From: a virus
Lineage: Duplodnaviria; Caudoviricetes
Reading direction: 5' to 3' (one strand)
DNA: 40,321 nt
Virus record (IMG/VR): IMGVR_UViG_3300005805_000184
Span: 1-40,321 of that record
Shown here: piece by piece, positions 37,972 through 40,321 of the stretch
How positions within the stretch are numbered: position 1 is the first letter of the stretch
Layout of the letters: each line of letters opens with the position of its first letter
Position numbers and translations under genes: made by a program
Notes under the pieces: model-generated
The model's database searches: none
Seen by the model: only the letters and a program-made list of their open reading frames with translations
What the model was told of the DNA's origin: nothing

Positions 37972-38841
37972 ATGCCACATAACGTACACGTAATCGACGG
38001 TAAAAATAAGGACATCGGTCTGATGTCAAAGGAAGCAGCGAAGGATTATTATCTCTCATTGTGCGAAGGTTGGAATCCGTATAATCCGGACCCTGTCGTG
38101 ATTCAACATGAAGGTGTTAGCGTTGTAAGAGACGATTTAATTGTTGGAACAAAAACCAGGGCAGGAGATCTTTTAGCGGCAAAGACAGAATCCGATACGC
38201 TTGTATACTGTCAACCAAGGACTGGTCTGGCTGGGGTTTCCATGCTGGATGTTGCAAAACACCATAATAAGAAGATTGTGTTGTTCATGCCATCTTCGAA
38301 AAGGGTTTCACTTCATCAGGCGTGTTGCATAGAACAAGGTGCAACTCCAATATTTAAAAGAATAGCAGCGATGCCTAACCTAAATATAATGGCAAAACAG
38401 TGGGCGATGGATAATAAACACTCGTTCATACCTCTTGGGTTGAAACATGAACTTGCGACCGCTGGGATAATTTACGCTGCTAGCAAAATACCGGAGCCGG
38501 AAGAAGTTTGGGTGGCAATATCTACCGGAGTTTTGGCAAGGGCTTTACAGATAGCTTGGCCAAACGCAAAGTTTAATTGTGTCGCGGTTGCGAGAAACCT
38601 TAAAGAAGGAGAATTGGGAAGAGCTTCGGTGATATCTGAACCCTTAGAATTTCAAGTAACAGAAAAGAAGGAAAATCTTCCTCCGTTTCCAACGGTTGCA
38701 ACATACGATGGAAAGGTTTGGAAATATGTACCGAAGAACACAGGAAGGAACGTTTTAATGTGGAACGTTGGAACCGATCCTGTTTTGAAAGACGAAACTA
38801 TATACGATAGGATAGATTCCTACAGGGATTGGGAAAAATAA
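37972..38841 (+). CDS. PLP-dependent enzyme, fold type II (DNA-modification decarboxylase-like)
   Basis: VVRDDLIVGTKTR (PLP lysine), VAISTGVL phosphate loop, TYDGKVW, LMWNVG. Confidence 0.8.
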   Translation: MPHNVHVIDGKNKDIGLMSKEAAKDYYLSLCEGWNPYNPDPVVIQHEGVSVVRDDLIVGTKTRAGDLLAAKTESDTLVYCQPRTGLAGVSMLDVAKHHNKKIVLFMPSSKRVSLHQACCIEQGATPIFKRIAAMPNLNIMAKQWAMDNKHSFIPLGLKHELATAGIIYAASKIPEPEEVWVAISTGVLARALQIAWPNAKFNCVAVARNLKEGELGRASVISEPLEFQVTEKKENLPPFPTVATYDGKVWKYVPKNTGRNVLMWNVGTDPVLKDETIYDRIDSYRDWEK

Positions 38842-38848
38842 AAAACAG

Positions 38849-39814
38849 ATGATTAAGAATTGTATAGTGACAGGTGGTTGTGGATTCATAGGTTCTCACA
38901 TGGTGGACAAATTGATATCGCAAGGACACAGGGTTTTTGTGATAGACAATCTATCGGCAAGGTCAAACGAATTCTTTTATAAGAACGATTCTCCTAACGC
39001 AATATACTACCACTCGGTTGACATTTCTAATTTTTCTGAGCTTATCAAGATATTTGAGATAGCGTTTTCTTCCCATGAGGGAGCGATAGACTCGGTGTTT
39101 CACTTTGCCGCAGAGGCAAGAATACAACCCATGATAAAGAATCCGAAGATGGCGGTAGATGTAAATACCATAGGAACCATAAATGTTCTTGAAGCGTGTA
39201 AAAGATTCAATGTCAGACGAATGGTTCATTCTTCTACTTCATCGGTGTATGGAAATGGTCAACAATTGCCGTTACAGGAGGAGGCAACGAGGAATCCATT
39301 AAATCCGTATTCTATAAGTAAAGCGTGCGCAGAGGATTTCTGTAAAATGTACAGCAGACTGTGGAACCTTGACGTTGTGATTCTCAGATACTTCAATGTC
39401 TTCGGAGAAAGACAACCGATAAAGGGGACTTATGCCCCTGTTGTGGGTAAATTCATGAGACAACACGAAAACGGTGAACCGTTAACGGTAGTTGGAGACG
39501 GCACCCAAAAAAGGGATTTCACCTGGGTTGGAGACATAGTCGAAGCAAATTATCTTGTTTCCATGACTGATAGGTCAGTATCAGGAGAAACGATCAACGT
39601 TGGTACACAGAATAATATATCGATATTGGATCTTGCAAAGGGGATAAGCGATAATATCGAATTTATTGAACATCGACCCGGAGAGGCGCAAGAGACTCTG
39701 GCAAGTAACACGAAGATGCTTGCGTTGGGATGGAAACCTACGATGGACATAGAAACATGGGTAAAGAAAAATTTAGATCAAAAAAAGTTTTCTACATCTG
39801 AAAAGATATATTAG
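38849..39814 (+). CDS. NAD-dependent nucleotide-sugar epimerase/dehydratase
   Basis: TGGCGFIGSH, HFAA, SSTSSVYG, YSISK, LRYFNVFG, GDGTQKRDF. Confidence 0.93.
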   Translation: MIKNCIVTGGCGFIGSHMVDKLISQGHRVFVIDNLSARSNEFFYKNDSPNAIYYHSVDISNFSELIKIFEIAFSSHEGAIDSVFHFAAEARIQPMIKNPKMAVDVNTIGTINVLEACKRFNVRRMVHSSTSSVYGNGQQLPLQEEATRNPLNPYSISKACAEDFCKMYSRLWNLDVVILRYFNVFGERQPIKGTYAPVVGKFMRQHENGEPLTVVGDGTQKRDFTWVGDIVEANYLVSMTDRSVSGETINVGTQNNISILDLAKGISDNIEFIEHRPGEAQETLASNTKMLALGWKPTMDIETWVKKNLDQKKFSTSEKIY

Positions 39815-39852
39815 ATTTGTAGTATCATCTTTAACAACACTAGGAGAATCCC

Positions 39853-40152
39853 ATGAAACGGGAAAAACAATCATCCAGATTCGATTGGTCGAGGAATCCA
39901 AGCATAGAGGGCGTACACTCTGTTTACATAGCTACCCCTTCTTCACACAATTATGATGGTTCATATTCAAGGTACGGAAAAGATATCACAAGGGAGGAAC
40001 TTTCAAATTCCCTTTCTACGTGGAACAGGATCAATGATCTCAAGACAAAGAAACTTTTTTTCAAAATGCTTTTTATAGTAACGTTGGTTTCCATACCATT
40101 CATCGCTATCATCTATAACATAGTAAACACAATAATTCAAACTTCAAAATAA
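39853..40152 (+). CDS. Hypothetical membrane protein
   Basis: AGGAGA ribosome site; C-terminal TM MLFIVTLVSIPFIAIIY. Confidence 0.65.
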   Translation: MKREKQSSRFDWSRNPSIEGVHSVYIATPSSHNYDGSYSRYGKDITREELSNSLSTWNRINDLKTKKLFFKMLFIVTLVSIPFIAIIYNIVNTIIQTSK

Positions 40153-40153
40153 A

Positions 40154-40321
40154 ATGAAAAAACTGCTGCTAATTCTTTTTTCTTTGCTTACCTTGCACGT
40201 TCAATCCAAGGCAATGGACATCCAACAGATGCGGGTCATACAGACCATGATTGATAGCGCAAGATCGCAGGCGGATTTAAACCTTGCGTCAAAGATGCTT
40301 TTTGACATGTGGAAATACGAC
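40154..40321 (+). CDS. Secreted protein, truncated by window edge
   Basis: MKKLLLILFSLLTLHVQSKA signal peptide; open to the end of the window. Confidence 0.65.
   Translation, partial: MKKLLLILFSLLTLHVQSKAMDIQQMRVIQTMIDSARSQADLNLASKMLFDMWKYD

Noticed and set aside
2046-39814. Stop-codon reassignment as seen in some large phages
   Set aside because: Conserved genes are full length in the standard code, and TAG, TGA and TAA all end genes at sensible positions.

Overview
This window is a segment of a large T4-related (jumbo-type) myovirus genome read in the standard genetic code. It opens with a truncated minus-strand collagen-like fibre gene (<1..1977) that the ORF track missed. A replication/recombination block follows: two topoisomerase II subunits separated by a TilS-like gene, a sliding clamp, only the C-terminal half of a split family-B DNA polymerase, UvsX, gp41 helicase, a possible gp33, and gp47/gp46. 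Next is a late/virion block: gp15-like, a large acidic protein, gp55 late sigma, gp4, gp2, portal gp20 and five large uncharacterised proteins. An accessory island of small genes comes after (zincin, PseT-like phosphatase, DUF5824-type pair, possible RNase, ferritin-like protein, IF-1, phosphodiester glycosidase). Near the end is a four-gene cluster of two divergent amino-acid:DNA transferase (aGPT-Pplase)-like paralogues, a PLP enzyme and an NDP-sugar epimerase, the best candidate for an undescribed DNA hypermodification pathway. Two window-wide signals stand out: a palindromic TATATA element just upstream of at least 11 mostly late/virion gene starts (candidate non-canonical gp55 promoter, shared by divergent pairs), and T4 capsid-targeting-like N-terminal leaders on about nine unknown proteins. 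All family assignments come from motif recognition by eye; no database search was run.
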